Source: Desulfobulbaceae bacterium
GTDB taxonomy: Bacteria; Desulfobacterota; Desulfobulbia; Desulfobulbales; SURF-16
Assembly (NCBI GenBank): GCA_027859235.1
Contig: JAQIBE010000263.1
Location: 3,568-67,567 of the forward strand
Direction: 5' to 3'
DNA length: 64,000 bases
Below the pieces are notes generated by a model that searched no databases, was not told the DNA's origin, and was given only the letters and a program-made list of their open reading frames with translations. Of the stretch, positions 1 through 9,439 are shown one piece after another (the first letter of the stretch is position 1; each line of letters opens with the position of its first letter). The translations under genes were made by a program, and so were the position numbers.

Positions 1-14
1 GACGAATGTGGAGA

Positions 15-1253
15 ATGAATATGAATGGTGAAATCCTTGCCATTGGCAATGAACTGACCTCCGGGCGAATTATTAATTCCACCAGCTATTTTGCCGCAAG
101 TCATCTCTTTGCTGCAGGCCATAAGGTTGCAGCCATGGCCACGGTGGGTGATGATCCAAAACATATTGGCGAGGCACTTTTAAAGGCCATTCGTCGCGCT
201 GATTTCGTTGTGGTTACCGGGGGGTTGGGTTCCACCACGGATGATATTACCTCAGAAGCGGTTTCTGATGCCCTGGATCTGCCCCAGACCCTGTATCCTG
301 ACGTTCTTAATCTTATTAAAGAATGTGCGACGTTTCAAGAGATGCCTGCCATGGAAAAGATGGCCTGGCTCCCCTCCGGGGCTGAGGTGTTAAAGCCCGG
401 GGGGAAAATATCAGGGTTTATGCTCGTTTATGCCCAAAAGCCTATCTTTTTTCTGCCTGGTGTTCCTAAGCAGATGCGGGAGCTTATGCTGGATCGGGTT
501 ATCCCGCGGCTTGCCACGTGGCAGGAAAATTCTTTTTCCCTGGTACATCAGAAGCTCTTCAAGGTCTTCGGCCTGGAGGAAGCGGTGATTAATGACCGCC
601 TGGCTCATATAGAGGAAGGGGGTGATCATGTTCTTATCGGTTATTATCCCATGGGAGCTGAGGTGCATGTGAGTTTGACCGTGCGGGGGGAGAGCGCCGG
701 TCAGGCAGACAGCTTGTTTAAAGAAATGGCTGCGAAGATATCCTCTGCCCTTAGTGATGTGATTTATGGATATAATAATGAGACCATGTCTTCGGTGACA
801 GGGGCATTGCTTGCCCAAAAAGGGTTGAGTCTTGGCTGCGCTGAATCGTGCACAGGTGGTTTGATGTCCCATATGGTTACAGGTGTTGCTGGAAGTTCAC
901 AATATTTTCGCGGCGGCGTGGTGGCCTATGCCAATGGGGTGAAGGAGCAGATCCTGGGGGTGTCCAACCAAACATTGACGGGTTCCGGAACCGTGAGTGA
1001 AAAAACAGCCCTGGAAATGGCGCAGGGTGTGCGTGGTGTTACAAATGCCGATATTGGTCTTTCTATAACGGGTGTCGCAGGTCCTGGTGGCGGCACAGAG
1101 GAAAAACCTGTGGGGACAGTCTGCTTTGGCCTGGTATCCGAAACGAAAAGAGCAGGCTACACCTTCCATTTTTCTGGTACACGGGCCATGATCCAGGGGG
1201 CGGCTGCCACCATGGGGCTTGATCTGGTGCGCAGGCATCTCCTCGGCCTGTAG
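15..1253 (+). CDS. cinA: CinA-family competence/damage-inducible protein (nicotinamide-nucleotide amidohydrolase-like)
   Basis: 415 aa ORF; N-terminal EILAIGNELTSG and C-terminal GLSLGCAESCTGGLMSHMVTGVAGSSQYFRGGVVAYANGVK motifs; several possible ATG starts at 6/15/21. Confidence 0.93.
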   Translation: MNMNGEILAIGNELTSGRIINSTSYFAASHLFAAGHKVAAMATVGDDPKHIGEALLKAIRRADFVVVTGGLGSTTDDITSEAVSDALDLPQTLYPDVLNLIKECATFQEMPAMEKMAWLPSGAEVLKPGGKISGFMLVYAQKPIFFLPGVPKQMRELMLDRVIPRLATWQENSFSLVHQKLFKVFGLEEAVINDRLAHIEEGGDHVLIGYYPMGAEVHVSLTVRGESAGQADSLFKEMAAKISSALSDVIYGYNNETMSSVTGALLAQKGLSLGCAESCTGGLMSHMVTGVAGSSQYFRGGVVAYANGVKEQILGVSNQTLTGSGTVSEKTALEMAQGVRGVTNADIGLSITGVAGPGGGTEEKPVGTVCFGLVSETKRAGYTFHFSGTRAMIQGAAATMGLDLVRRHLLGL

Positions 1254-1404
1254 CGGCTTTTCCCTGCGTTACTCCATGTTCGTTTTTTATTCTGTTGATC
1301 AGGTCAAAAACATTTTGATTGCAGGGGTGGAAACGGGTATGTTGACGGATTCTTCAGGGGCTTAAGGGTCTCATCATTACCAATTTTACTTAAATGACAT
1401 AGAT

Positions 1405-2262
1405 ATGTATTTTCAAGACATTATATTTGAACTGAATAAATACTGGGCAGAGCAGGGGTGTGTCATTATGCAACCCTACGATATGGAGGTTGGGGCCGGG
1501 ACATTTCACCCTGCAACCTTATTACGTGCCCTTGGGTCTAAACCGTGGAAGGCCGCCTATGTGCAACCTTCCAGGCGGCCAACGGATGGTCGCTATGGCG
1601 AAAATCCCAACCGTTTGCAGCATTATTACCAGTACCAGGTGGTCATGAAGCCGTCGCCGGCCAATCCCCAGGAGTTGTATCTTGGAAGCCTGGAACGTTT
1701 CAACCTTGACCTCCTCAGCCATGATATCCGTTTTGTTGAGGATGACTGGGAATCACCCACCCTGGGTGCCAGTGGACTTGGCTGGGAGGTGTGGCTAGAT
1801 GGCATGGAGATAACCCAGTTTACCTATTTTCAGATGGCAGGTTCCCAGGAATTAAAGCCCGTAACCGTGGAGATCACCTATGGCCTTGAACGTATTGCCA
1901 TGTATCTGCAGGGGGTGAATTCAGTCTATGATCTTGACTGGAATGAAAACACAAAATATGGCGAAATCTTTCTGGAGAATGAAAAACAATTTTCTGCCTT
2001 CAATTTTGAATATGCCAATGTGGAATTTTTGAGTGGTTACTTTGACTCCTGTGAAGCCGAGGCCCATAAACTGGTGGGGGTGGGTCTTCCTTTGCCCGCC
2101 TATGACTATTGCTTGAAATGTTCCCATACCTTTAACCTGCTGGATGCCAGAAAGGCCATATCCGTAGCTGAACGGACCCGTTATATTGGCCGTATCCGTG
2201 CCATTGCCCGTAATGTGGCTGATGCTATGGTGGCTAAGGAAAAGGAAGTGGAAGAGAGGTGA
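1405..2262 (+). CDS. glyQ: Glycyl-tRNA synthetase alpha subunit
   Basis: 285 aa ORF beginning [38 protein letters not shown], characteristic of GlyQ; ends in TGA. Confidence 0.97.
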   Translation: MYFQDIIFELNKYWAEQGCVIMQPYDMEVGAGTFHPATLLRALGSKPWKAAYVQPSRRPTDGRYGENPNRLQHYYQYQVVMKPSPANPQELYLGSLERFNLDLLSHDIRFVEDDWESPTLGASGLGWEVWLDGMEITQFTYFQMAGSQELKPVTVEITYGLERIAMYLQGVNSVYDLDWNENTKYGEIFLENEKQFSAFNFEYANVEFLSGYFDSCEAEAHKLVGVGLPLPAYDYCLKCSHTFNLLDARKAISVAERTRYIGRIRAIARNVADAMVAKEKEVEER

Positions 2263-2271
2263 CAGCCGAAA

Positions 2272-2369
2272 TGGCGGAAGTGCATGGGAATCGAACCCAC
2301 CTACCAGGCTATTAACCCAGTACATCAGATTTGAAATCTGAGAGGGCCACCAGTGCCCTTACCACTTCC
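2272..2369 (-). tRNA. selC: tRNA-Sec (anticodon UCA), with encoded CCA
   Basis: Reverse complement GGAAGTGGTAAGGGCACTGGTGGCCCTCTCAGATTTCAAATCTGATGTACTGGG...TAGGTGGGTTCGATTCCCATGCACTTCCGCCA: GGAAG start, CAGAT-TTTCAAA-type anticodon arm with UCA, long variable arm, G73, CCA. Confidence 0.88.
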
Positions 2370-2550
2370 GTGTGTGCTTGTTGAGGTGAGTAAGATAGTT
2401 TTTATTCCGCTGGGAAGCAACTTTTTTTTAGGATTTGCAGCGAAACTCCGTGAATTTTCATTATGGATGCTGTAAGTAGATGCGCTAGTGTTATTTTTGG
2501 CTATAGATTGTATGTAAAATAAGAACAAATTCGGGTGCGTAGAGTCAGTT

Positions 2551-3054
2551 ATGGAATGTAAACGTTTAAATAGAATGATTCGTGATTGGTATGTGCAGGT
2601 GCAGGATGAAACATTGGCACCGGCTCGAATGGTTGAATTTATGCAGGATCATGCTGCTACCTGTGATACCTGTTTTGTTGATCCCAATATTGATGAGGAA
2701 ATTAAGAAGATCATCGCCATTGTCCTGCCGCCATCGAAGATGACGAAGAAGCCTAAGAAGAAGATCGCATCCTTAGAGCCGACGGCAGCAGCCCTTGCAG
2801 CTATTGAAGCTGGAAAAGATGCTGCCGTTAAATCTGATGCTGACGATGATGCTGACGATGATGATGAAATTGAAGTCGGCGATGATGACGACGACGATGA
2901 TGATAAAAGCAAAGTCGGCGATGATGACGATGACGATGATAAAAGCGAAGTTGGCGATGCTGACGACGATGATGATAAAATCAAAGTTGGCAAGGCCGAT
3001 AGTGATAGTGATACCCCGGATGTCCCTTCCTTAGAGGATGCCGATCTGAAATAG
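2551..3054 (+). CDS. Hypothetical protein with Cys/His-containing N-terminus and long Asp-rich low-complexity tail
   Basis: 167 aa ORF; HAATCDTCF motif then (D)n K/E-V-G-D repeats. Confidence 0.7.
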   Translation: MECKRLNRMIRDWYVQVQDETLAPARMVEFMQDHAATCDTCFVDPNIDEEIKKIIAIVLPPSKMTKKPKKKIASLEPTAAALAAIEAGKDAAVKSDADDDADDDDEIEVGDDDDDDDDKSKVGDDDDDDDKSEVGDADDDDDKIKVGKADSDSDTPDVPSLEDADLK

Positions 3055-3121
3055 CATTGCAGTTGTCTTGTATAACAGAAACAGGGTTGCAAAATTTAAT
3101 TTTTGCAATCCTGTTTTGCGT

Positions 3122-6100
3122 TTACATGGGGAGGATATGCACTTCTTCCTTAAATGGATGTCTGCCTTTAATAAATAAGCCTTTTCTGCCGTCGATTGAG
3201 ATCCAGTCGCCAAAACGAATGGTATGTTCGTTGATATGACATTCCTGTTCTGCTTCAAAGACCTTCATGGAGCGGCACCCCACTACACAGGTTTTCTGCA
3301 AACGCAGGGCGATGACTGAGGCATGGGAGGTTTGGCCGCCCCGTGCAGTGAGTAACCCGTCCGCTGTTGAAATCTCCTTGATATCTTCCGGTACGGTGTC
3401 CTGGCGAATAAGGATGAGTGGTGTGTCCGGTTCTTTGGCCCGTAATTCAAGAATATTGTCAGCCGTAAAGACAGCTCGACCTGAAAGAGCTGACCCCCCC
3501 ACACCAATACCCTTCCCTAATATATTCTTGGAAAAATTACCATTGTCGAGGAACACATTGAACTGTTCCCGCTTCTTAATGGTAATCATATCCCGTGTCT
3601 GCAGGATATGCAGATCATCCTTTGCCAACCCCTCAAAGGTGAATTCAATCTCCTGGGGGTTCCATTGTTTTTCATACACGAGGTTTCTGGCAATTACCAG
3701 AAGCTCTTCGTACACGGCCGGGGCCTTGATTTCGAGACTGGACTCAATGGGCCTCCCATCAAGCCCGGCCTGTTCTGCTGAAATGGGATTGGTGCTCACA
3801 AGGCCGCTGACAATATCTTCGCCCTGATCACCATTGGCGTAATCACCCCATAATGCCACCCGTCGTACCTGGCGATAGGGGTGGGCGGTGAAGACAACGC
3901 CGCTGCCTGAATCCTGACTCGTGTTGCCGTACACCATGGACTGAACAATGACAGCGGTTCCCCAATAATCAGAGACCCCCATGAGATTACGGTAATCCTT
4001 TGTCTTTGTCTGGTCCCATGATGAGAAAACCATAGCAATGGATGCAAGGAGTTGGATCCATGGGTCATCAGGGATACCGATGCCTAAGCTACGTATCTTC
4101 TGTTGATAGGACAGGGCCAGTTCTTCCATTTGCTTGGGGGTGAATTGTGCCTTCCTGGAGATACCGTATTTGTCTTTGGCCTTATTCATCAGGGCTTGGA
4201 ACTCTTCACGGTCAATGTTGCAGCACATGGCCCACGATTGGAGAAAGCGCCGGTAATTATCCCAGGCCAGAAACTGTTGGTCTTTTGTCCGGGCCATGGC
4301 CCGGACAATCTCTTCGTTTAAGCCGATATTATGGATGGTGGCCATCATGCCCGGCATGGAAATGGACGCCCCGCTGCGCACTGAAACGAAGAGCGGGTTG
4401 GTGGTGCTGCCGTATTTTTTGCCGCTCTCTTCTTCCAGTTGCGTCAGGGCCTCTCTGATGCGGTGGATGTAATCTGCCTTGGCCTGGGGGAAGGCTTGAA
4501 TAACCGACCAGCAGCGAAAGACCTCTGTGGTAATAACAAAGCCCGGGGGAACAGGTTTGTTGTCCCCCTTGAGCAGGGTGAGGTTGAACCCCTTGTTGCC
4601 GAGGAGAACCAGGTTTTTGGCGGTGGCGTTGGTCTGACCCAGGTGATGGAGGATTTTATCCGTATTATAGGTCATGAGCAGGTCGAGCTGCTCTTCGGAA
4701 AGGCGTTCCCGCTGGCGTACCAGGGTCTGGTAGACATTGGTGATGAAGTTGTCGAGATGCTGCAACCCAAAGGTGGTGGCGATGAGGTCACGCATGAACG
4801 CCTCTGAGAGCTGAAGAATATTATTCGGTTCGCTGGTGTCCTCGCTTGGCTTGAGCATATTGCGATATTTTGCCAGGAGGCTGGGGCTGCTTATCTGGGG
4901 GATGATAATAGAGAGATTGTTTTGGTGAATATTGGTGTAATTGGCGTAAATGACATCCTTCACCCCTTCGGAAAGGCCCTTGAAGATATCCAGGTATTGG
5001 GTGTAGGAGAATCGTTCAAGTCCCAGGGAGTTTGACAGGAGTGAGACATAGGTCTCCAGTTTACGGCTGGTGATGCCGTCGATACGCAGGGCGCGGATGT
5101 ATAGCCGCAGACATTTCACCACGCGGATAAATGTGGCCTTGGTAATGAAGTGGGACGGGATCATATCCGGCATTTTTTCCAGATAGATATTGGCGAGATT
5201 TTCCAGCCGGAAGGTCAGACTCAGCGCATCAAATTTTTTCTCCCGATATCTGCCGTAGACAGAGGGGATATCCACCGCAATATGCCGTTTATGAAAGATG
5301 TCTTCCCGGGCTGTAAAGATCTCCTCGCTGAGGATGATGGCTTTAAGCTTTTCAAGATGGACAAGGAGGGAGTTCAAACATTGGAAGTTGTCGCACAGGA
5401 CTAGATCTTCCAGCAACGGCTGCAGCTCAGGGAAACCCGTTGCCACTGCTTCTTGAAGTTGCTGCCGGATTTCCTGAAAGCCGAGGTTATATTTTTGATC
5501 CAGTAGTTTATACATCTCAACCAGGAGGCTAAAGCGGTTGCGCTCACCTTCATTGAGGTCCACCTGCAGGTTGAGGAACTTCTGCAGCCGTTGCTGGTCA
5601 ATGAGGAGCAGATCCTCTTCTCTTTTCACCTTGGAGAGCTGAAAGATCCGTTTGGTGAGGAGATGGAGATGGTCAACAAAGGGCCCCGATGTAGAGATCT
5701 GGGCCATGATTTCTGCGGGGAGGTACTCCTGCAGGTGGGATTTGTCCAGGGTATGCCAGAAACGGACAATTCCACGGATGAAGTCGACAATGAGGTTCGA
5801 GCTTTCCACATGGGACTGCTTGCGCAGGAAATGGATGAGAATGTCCTTACGCTTATGGATCTCGTCAATTTCGGTTGAGACATCACGCAACTTTCCCTCT
5901 GCGCCAATTTCATTAAAGAACACCGGCATGAGTTTGGTGAATTGTTTCACCAGGTTATACACCGGTTCAATGGGATAGTTGAGCAGACCCGTGATGTCAC
6001 GCTGGAAAAGGTCGGTATCCTTGACGCAGGTGCCGGTGAATTTGATATTGATGATGAGGGCGGAAAAGAGGGTGGCGCACCATTTCGGCTCCTGACCGAT

Positions 6101-7354
6101 GAGATGGAGCCACGCCCGGACATTGGTCAGGTGAGCGGGGTTGGTGATGGGCTGCCACTCTTCATCCACCCCGGCAACATTGGCGTATTGAAAACCGAAG
6201 CGCACCGCCTCCCAGAGGAATGTTTCGGCAAGTCTCGATGAGCCACGGGTGAACACCTCGGAGCCCAGCACCTGAATGCATTGCAACGAGGTGTGTGGGT
6301 ACCGTTTCACATTATCCTTCAGCAGCTGCATGGTGGTGAGGAGAAAGGATTCAATCTCCTCGTAGGGCTGTTTATGAATCAGGCTCACAAGGGAGCGGTT
6401 GATCTCGCGCAGTGATTCCTCATGAATGAGGTACAGCCCTGATGTGTCCATGATCCGAAACAGGAATATCAGCTTGCGGGTTTCCACATAGCGGTCATCC
6501 TTAGCCTTATCTGGATCAAGGGTTGTCATGAGCTGGGAGGGGATATCCTTATAAAAGCGGACGATATCCATGTGGGACGGGAGCTCCAGCAAGGTCTGGA
6601 GAGAATCTTTTCCCTTGATTGTAATGGTTCTGGCACAATCCAGATGGGCCGCGATCTGCTCGTGAGAAATCGCTGAAAACCGTGAGCCTGCCTGCCAATC
6701 CGTGCAGCGGGTTCCGCATTCCTTTTGAAACCACGGCAGGGGATCTTCTTCGCCGAGCCAATAGGTGTAATTTAAGACGAGTACTCTTTGGAAGAGACTT
6801 GTACAGGATCTTAGGTCAAAGTCCGGGTTGTTTTCGCTGTAGCGCAGTAAGGTCTGCGCCATTTTTTTCATGGGGTGATGCCCCTGGACCATGAACATCA
6901 TGGCTGCATCGTCAAGGGTTTCCATGGCCTTGAAGAATTGATCCACTGGTCTCTGGAAGTCCAGCAGACGATTTTCCACCATGGACAGGAACTTCTGCAC
7001 GTAGGCCAGTAATGACTCCATTCCCAGCCCCACGAGCTGATCATTCTTCTGCACCTCGGAGATGGCCTGGAGGAATATGCCGGTGAAAAGAGTGAAACTC
7101 TCGGCAACATTATCATGTTTTGCGTAGATTGGACTGTTTTTCAGAACAAAGGTGCGAAGTTTGGGGAGGAGTAAGGTCCAGTTGCGGAACGGGTGACATA
7201 TCTCCAGGAGCAGGTCTTCAATATTACGGTGGATGCCGCGGTAGTCGGCAACCATCTCGCAGAGGGGGATGAGTTCAGGTGTAATAACAACCTCGTCAAC
7301 GGCTGTTTCCTGAAGGTTTGCCTTGAGGGCGTTGGATGTGTGTTCTGTGGGCAT
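3122..7354 (-). CDS. PEP/pyruvate-binding domain protein (PEP synthase/PPDK-like), very large
   Basis: 1410 aa ORF; C-terminal GNKGFNLTLLKGDNKPVPPGFVITTEVF, SVRSGASISMPGMMATIHNIGLN, and LTARGGQTSHASVIALRLQKTCVVGC phospho-His domain. Confidence 0.88.
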   Translation of the reverse strand: MPTEHTSNALKANLQETAVDEVVITPELIPLCEMVADYRGIHRNIEDLLLEICHPFRNWTLLLPKLRTFVLKNSPIYAKHDNVAESFTLFTGIFLQAISEVQKNDQLVGLGMESLLAYVQKFLSMVENRLLDFQRPVDQFFKAMETLDDAAMMFMVQGHHPMKKMAQTLLRYSENNPDFDLRSCTSLFQRVLVLNYTYWLGEEDPLPWFQKECGTRCTDWQAGSRFSAISHEQIAAHLDCARTITIKGKDSLQTLLELPSHMDIVRFYKDIPSQLMTTLDPDKAKDDRYVETRKLIFLFRIMDTSGLYLIHEESLREINRSLVSLIHKQPYEEIESFLLTTMQLLKDNVKRYPHTSLQCIQVLGSEVFTRGSSRLAETFLWEAVRFGFQYANVAGVDEEWQPITNPAHLTNVRAWLHLIGQEPKWCATLFSALIINIKFTGTCVKDTDLFQRDITGLLNYPIEPVYNLVKQFTKLMPVFFNEIGAEGKLRDVSTEIDEIHKRKDILIHFLRKQSHVESSNLIVDFIRGIVRFWHTLDKSHLQEYLPAEIMAQISTSGPFVDHLHLLTKRIFQLSKVKREEDLLLIDQQRLQKFLNLQVDLNEGERNRFSLLVEMYKLLDQKYNLGFQEIRQQLQEAVATGFPELQPLLEDLVLCDNFQCLNSLLVHLEKLKAIILSEEIFTAREDIFHKRHIAVDIPSVYGRYREKKFDALSLTFRLENLANIYLEKMPDMIPSHFITKATFIRVVKCLRLYIRALRIDGITSRKLETYVSLLSNSLGLERFSYTQYLDIFKGLSEGVKDVIYANYTNIHQNNLSIIIPQISSPSLLAKYRNMLKPSEDTSEPNNILQLSEAFMRDLIATTFGLQHLDNFITNVYQTLVRQRERLSEEQLDLLMTYNTDKILHHLGQTNATAKNLVLLGNKGFNLTLLKGDNKPVPPGFVITTEVFRCWSVIQAFPQAKADYIHRIREALTQLEEESGKKYGSTTNPLFVSVRSGASISMPGMMATIHNIGLNEEIVRAMARTKDQQFLAWDNYRRFLQSWAMCCNIDREEFQALMNKAKDKYGISRKAQFTPKQMEELALSYQQKIRSLGIGIPDDPWIQLLASIAMVFSSWDQTKTKDYRNLMGVSDYWGTAVIVQSMVYGNTSQDSGSGVVFTAHPYRQVRRVALWGDYANGDQGEDIVSGLVSTNPISAEQAGLDGRPIESSLEIKAPAVYEELLVIARNLVYEKQWNPQEIEFTFEGLAKDDLHILQTRDMITIKKREQFNVFLDNGNFSKNILGKGIGVGGSALSGRAVFTADNILELRAKEPDTPLILIRQDTVPEDIKEISTADGLLTARGGQTSHASVIALRLQKTCVVGCRSMKVFEAEQECHINEHTIRFGDWISIDGRKGLFIKGRHPFKEEVHILPM

Positions 7355-7451
7355 GGCTTAATGAAAGGTAAAAGGTGAAAGGTGAGGGGTGAGGGGGGTG
7401 GGGAGGAGTGGAGTGCGAAATCTCCTCCCTCCTCACTCTTAACACCTGACG

Positions 7452-8456
7452 TTAAAGGATCTTCTGACGTTCCATGAGCAGGATCAGGTCAAGCACGCGG
7501 TTGGAATAGCCCCACTCGTTGTCATACCAGGAAAGTATTTTGACCATATTGCCGATGACCTTGGTGGATTGGCCGTCAACCACAGAAGAATGCGGATTGC
7601 CCTTATAGTCGATGGATACCAGCGGTTCATCTGAATAGCCGAGATAACGGTTTGCTGCCTCCTTCAGGGCCGCATTTACTTCAGGTACGGTGGTTTCTTT
7701 TTCCACCTCTATGACCGCATCCACCAGGGATACATTGGGGGTTGGGACCCGTATCGCCAGCCCGTCAAACTTTCCTTTTAATTCGGGAAGAACCAGGGAT
7801 ACGGCGGCGGCTGCCCCGGTGTTGGTTGGAATCATAGACATGGCCGCGGCTCTGGCGCGGCGCAGGTCGCCATGGGGGAAATCCAGCAGACGCTGATCGC
7901 CTGTGTAGGCATGCACCGTGGTCATGAGTCCTTTTTTGATGCCGAATTTGTCGAGAATGACCTTGGCAAAAGGCGCCAGACAGTTGGTGGTGCACGAGGC
8001 ATTGGAAACAATATGATCGGTGGCAGGATCATACTCATGGTCATTGACACCCATGACAATGGTGCGCAGATTCCCCTTGGCGGGTGCGGAGATAATGACC
8101 TTCTGGGCGCCTCCATCCAGATGGGCCCCGGCTTTTTCGTCGGTGCAGAAGAGCCCTGTGGATTCAACAACGTAATCCGCGCCACCAGTGGACCATGGTA
8201 TGTCCGATGGGCTGCGGTGGTTGGTGATCATGATCTCCCGGCCGTCAACCATGATGCCTTTCTCGGTGGCGGCCACCTCCCTATTATAGACCCCCATGAT
8301 CGAATCATATTTAAGGAGGTGGGCTGTGGTTTTATTATCTGTGAGATCATTGATTGCCACAATCTCAATGTCTTTAAAGAGCGGGTCAAGATCAATAGCC
8401 CGAAAAATATTACGTCCGATACGGCCAAAACCGTTAATCCCAACTTTGATAGTCAT
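7452..8456 (-). CDS. gap: Glyceraldehyde-3-phosphate dehydrogenase, type I
   Basis: 334 aa; KVGINGFGRIGRNIFRA, SNASCTTNCLAP, WYDNEWGYSNRVLDL. Confidence 0.97.
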   Translation of the reverse strand: MTIKVGINGFGRIGRNIFRAIDLDPLFKDIEIVAINDLTDNKTTAHLLKYDSIMGVYNREVAATEKGIMVDGREIMITNHRSPSDIPWSTGGADYVVESTGLFCTDEKAGAHLDGGAQKVIISAPAKGNLRTIVMGVNDHEYDPATDHIVSNASCTTNCLAPFAKVILDKFGIKKGLMTTVHAYTGDQRLLDFPHGDLRRARAAAMSMIPTNTGAAAAVSLVLPELKGKFDGLAIRVPTPNVSLVDAVIEVEKETTVPEVNAALKEAANRYLGYSDEPLVSIDYKGNPHSSVVDGQSTKVIGNMVKILSWYDNEWGYSNRVLDLILLMERQKIL

Positions 8457-8620
8457 GGTGGATCTCCTGCTTTTTTTAAGATGAAGATTGCAAGTTAAAA
8501 CTGCGGTGCTGGAGGTGCGAGGGGGTGAGCCTCCAGCGCCTTACCTGGGTTTGTCTGCTGTGATAAAAAAAGTTTATCACACCTGTTTTAGGATCGCGTC
8601 ATAGTTTGCAAAAAAAAAGA

Positions 8621-9439
8621 CTAGTTTTTCAGGTGATCCCGGTCGCGCAGCATGGCGCGGATGATATAGGTTTGCCGCCTGGGTTCGGAAAGATCAGGGT
8701 TGATGGCAAGGGACTCTTCGTAGGCCTTGAGAGATTCTGGCAGCCACTGGCCCATGAAATAACTCTTTCCGGCCTGGACATAGCCAGCCTCTGGTTGATA
8801 GGGGAACATATGGCTGAATAGTTCCAGGGTTGATTTGCCCCATAAGGACTGTCCCAGTTCTTCTTCAATGAGAAGACGCAGGAGGAGGTCATTGCCCGTT
8901 TGCTCCGCAAGCATGAGGTATAGCAGCTCGTTGGCCTTGGCAAAGAGAAGGGACAGGGTTGCAGCCTGTTGGTGTATCTCCTCAATGGTTGTGTCAATGA
9001 AACCGGTCTGGCTGGTGTCAGCTGGTTCTGCGGTCAGGGTTCCCGTGTGAAACCGCACCATATTGATGTTTGCCTGCAGCTTTATTGCGGCATGGAAGAG
9101 CGCTTGCACACTCCAGTTGAGGCGCTGGCTATGTGGTTCAGCGAAGCTGTTTTCGCTCCAAAGACTATGGCTGAGATCGTTGAGTTGGTGGAGGGACTCT
9201 GGTCCCACGGGGAGATCCATGGTTGGTATTTTGGTCCCCCTGTTGTGGAGGAACTCCTCGTGTTGGTCTGCAAACTCTGTGTAATTCGTGCAGAAAAGGG
9301 CGTAAAATTTGCGGATGAAATAATTGCGCCGTCTGGAAAGCCACATGTTGGCCGGCAGCTTATCTGGGCCGGTGAAGGTTACTCTCTGCACCACGCCTCC
9401 CTGTACAGCTTGATGTATTGATCTTTGACCTTGCTCCAC
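8621..9439 (-). CDS. TPR-like hypothetical protein overlapping the 3' end of the glycogen synthase gene
   Basis: 272 aa ORF; C-terminal AGKSYFMGQWLPESLKAYEESLAINPDLSEP TPR-like; exact start uncertain because of overlap. Confidence 0.6.
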   Translation of the reverse strand: MEQGQRSIHQAVQGGVVQRVTFTGPDKLPANMWLSRRRNYFIRKFYALFCTNYTEFADQHEEFLHNRGTKIPTMDLPVGPESLHQLNDLSHSLWSENSFAEPHSQRLNWSVQALFHAAIKLQANINMVRFHTGTLTAEPADTSQTGFIDTTIEEIHQQAATLSLLFAKANELLYLMLAEQTGNDLLLRLLIEEELGQSLWGKSTLELFSHMFPYQPEAGYVQAGKSYFMGQWLPESLKAYEESLAINPDLSEPRRQTYIIRAMLRDRDHLKN

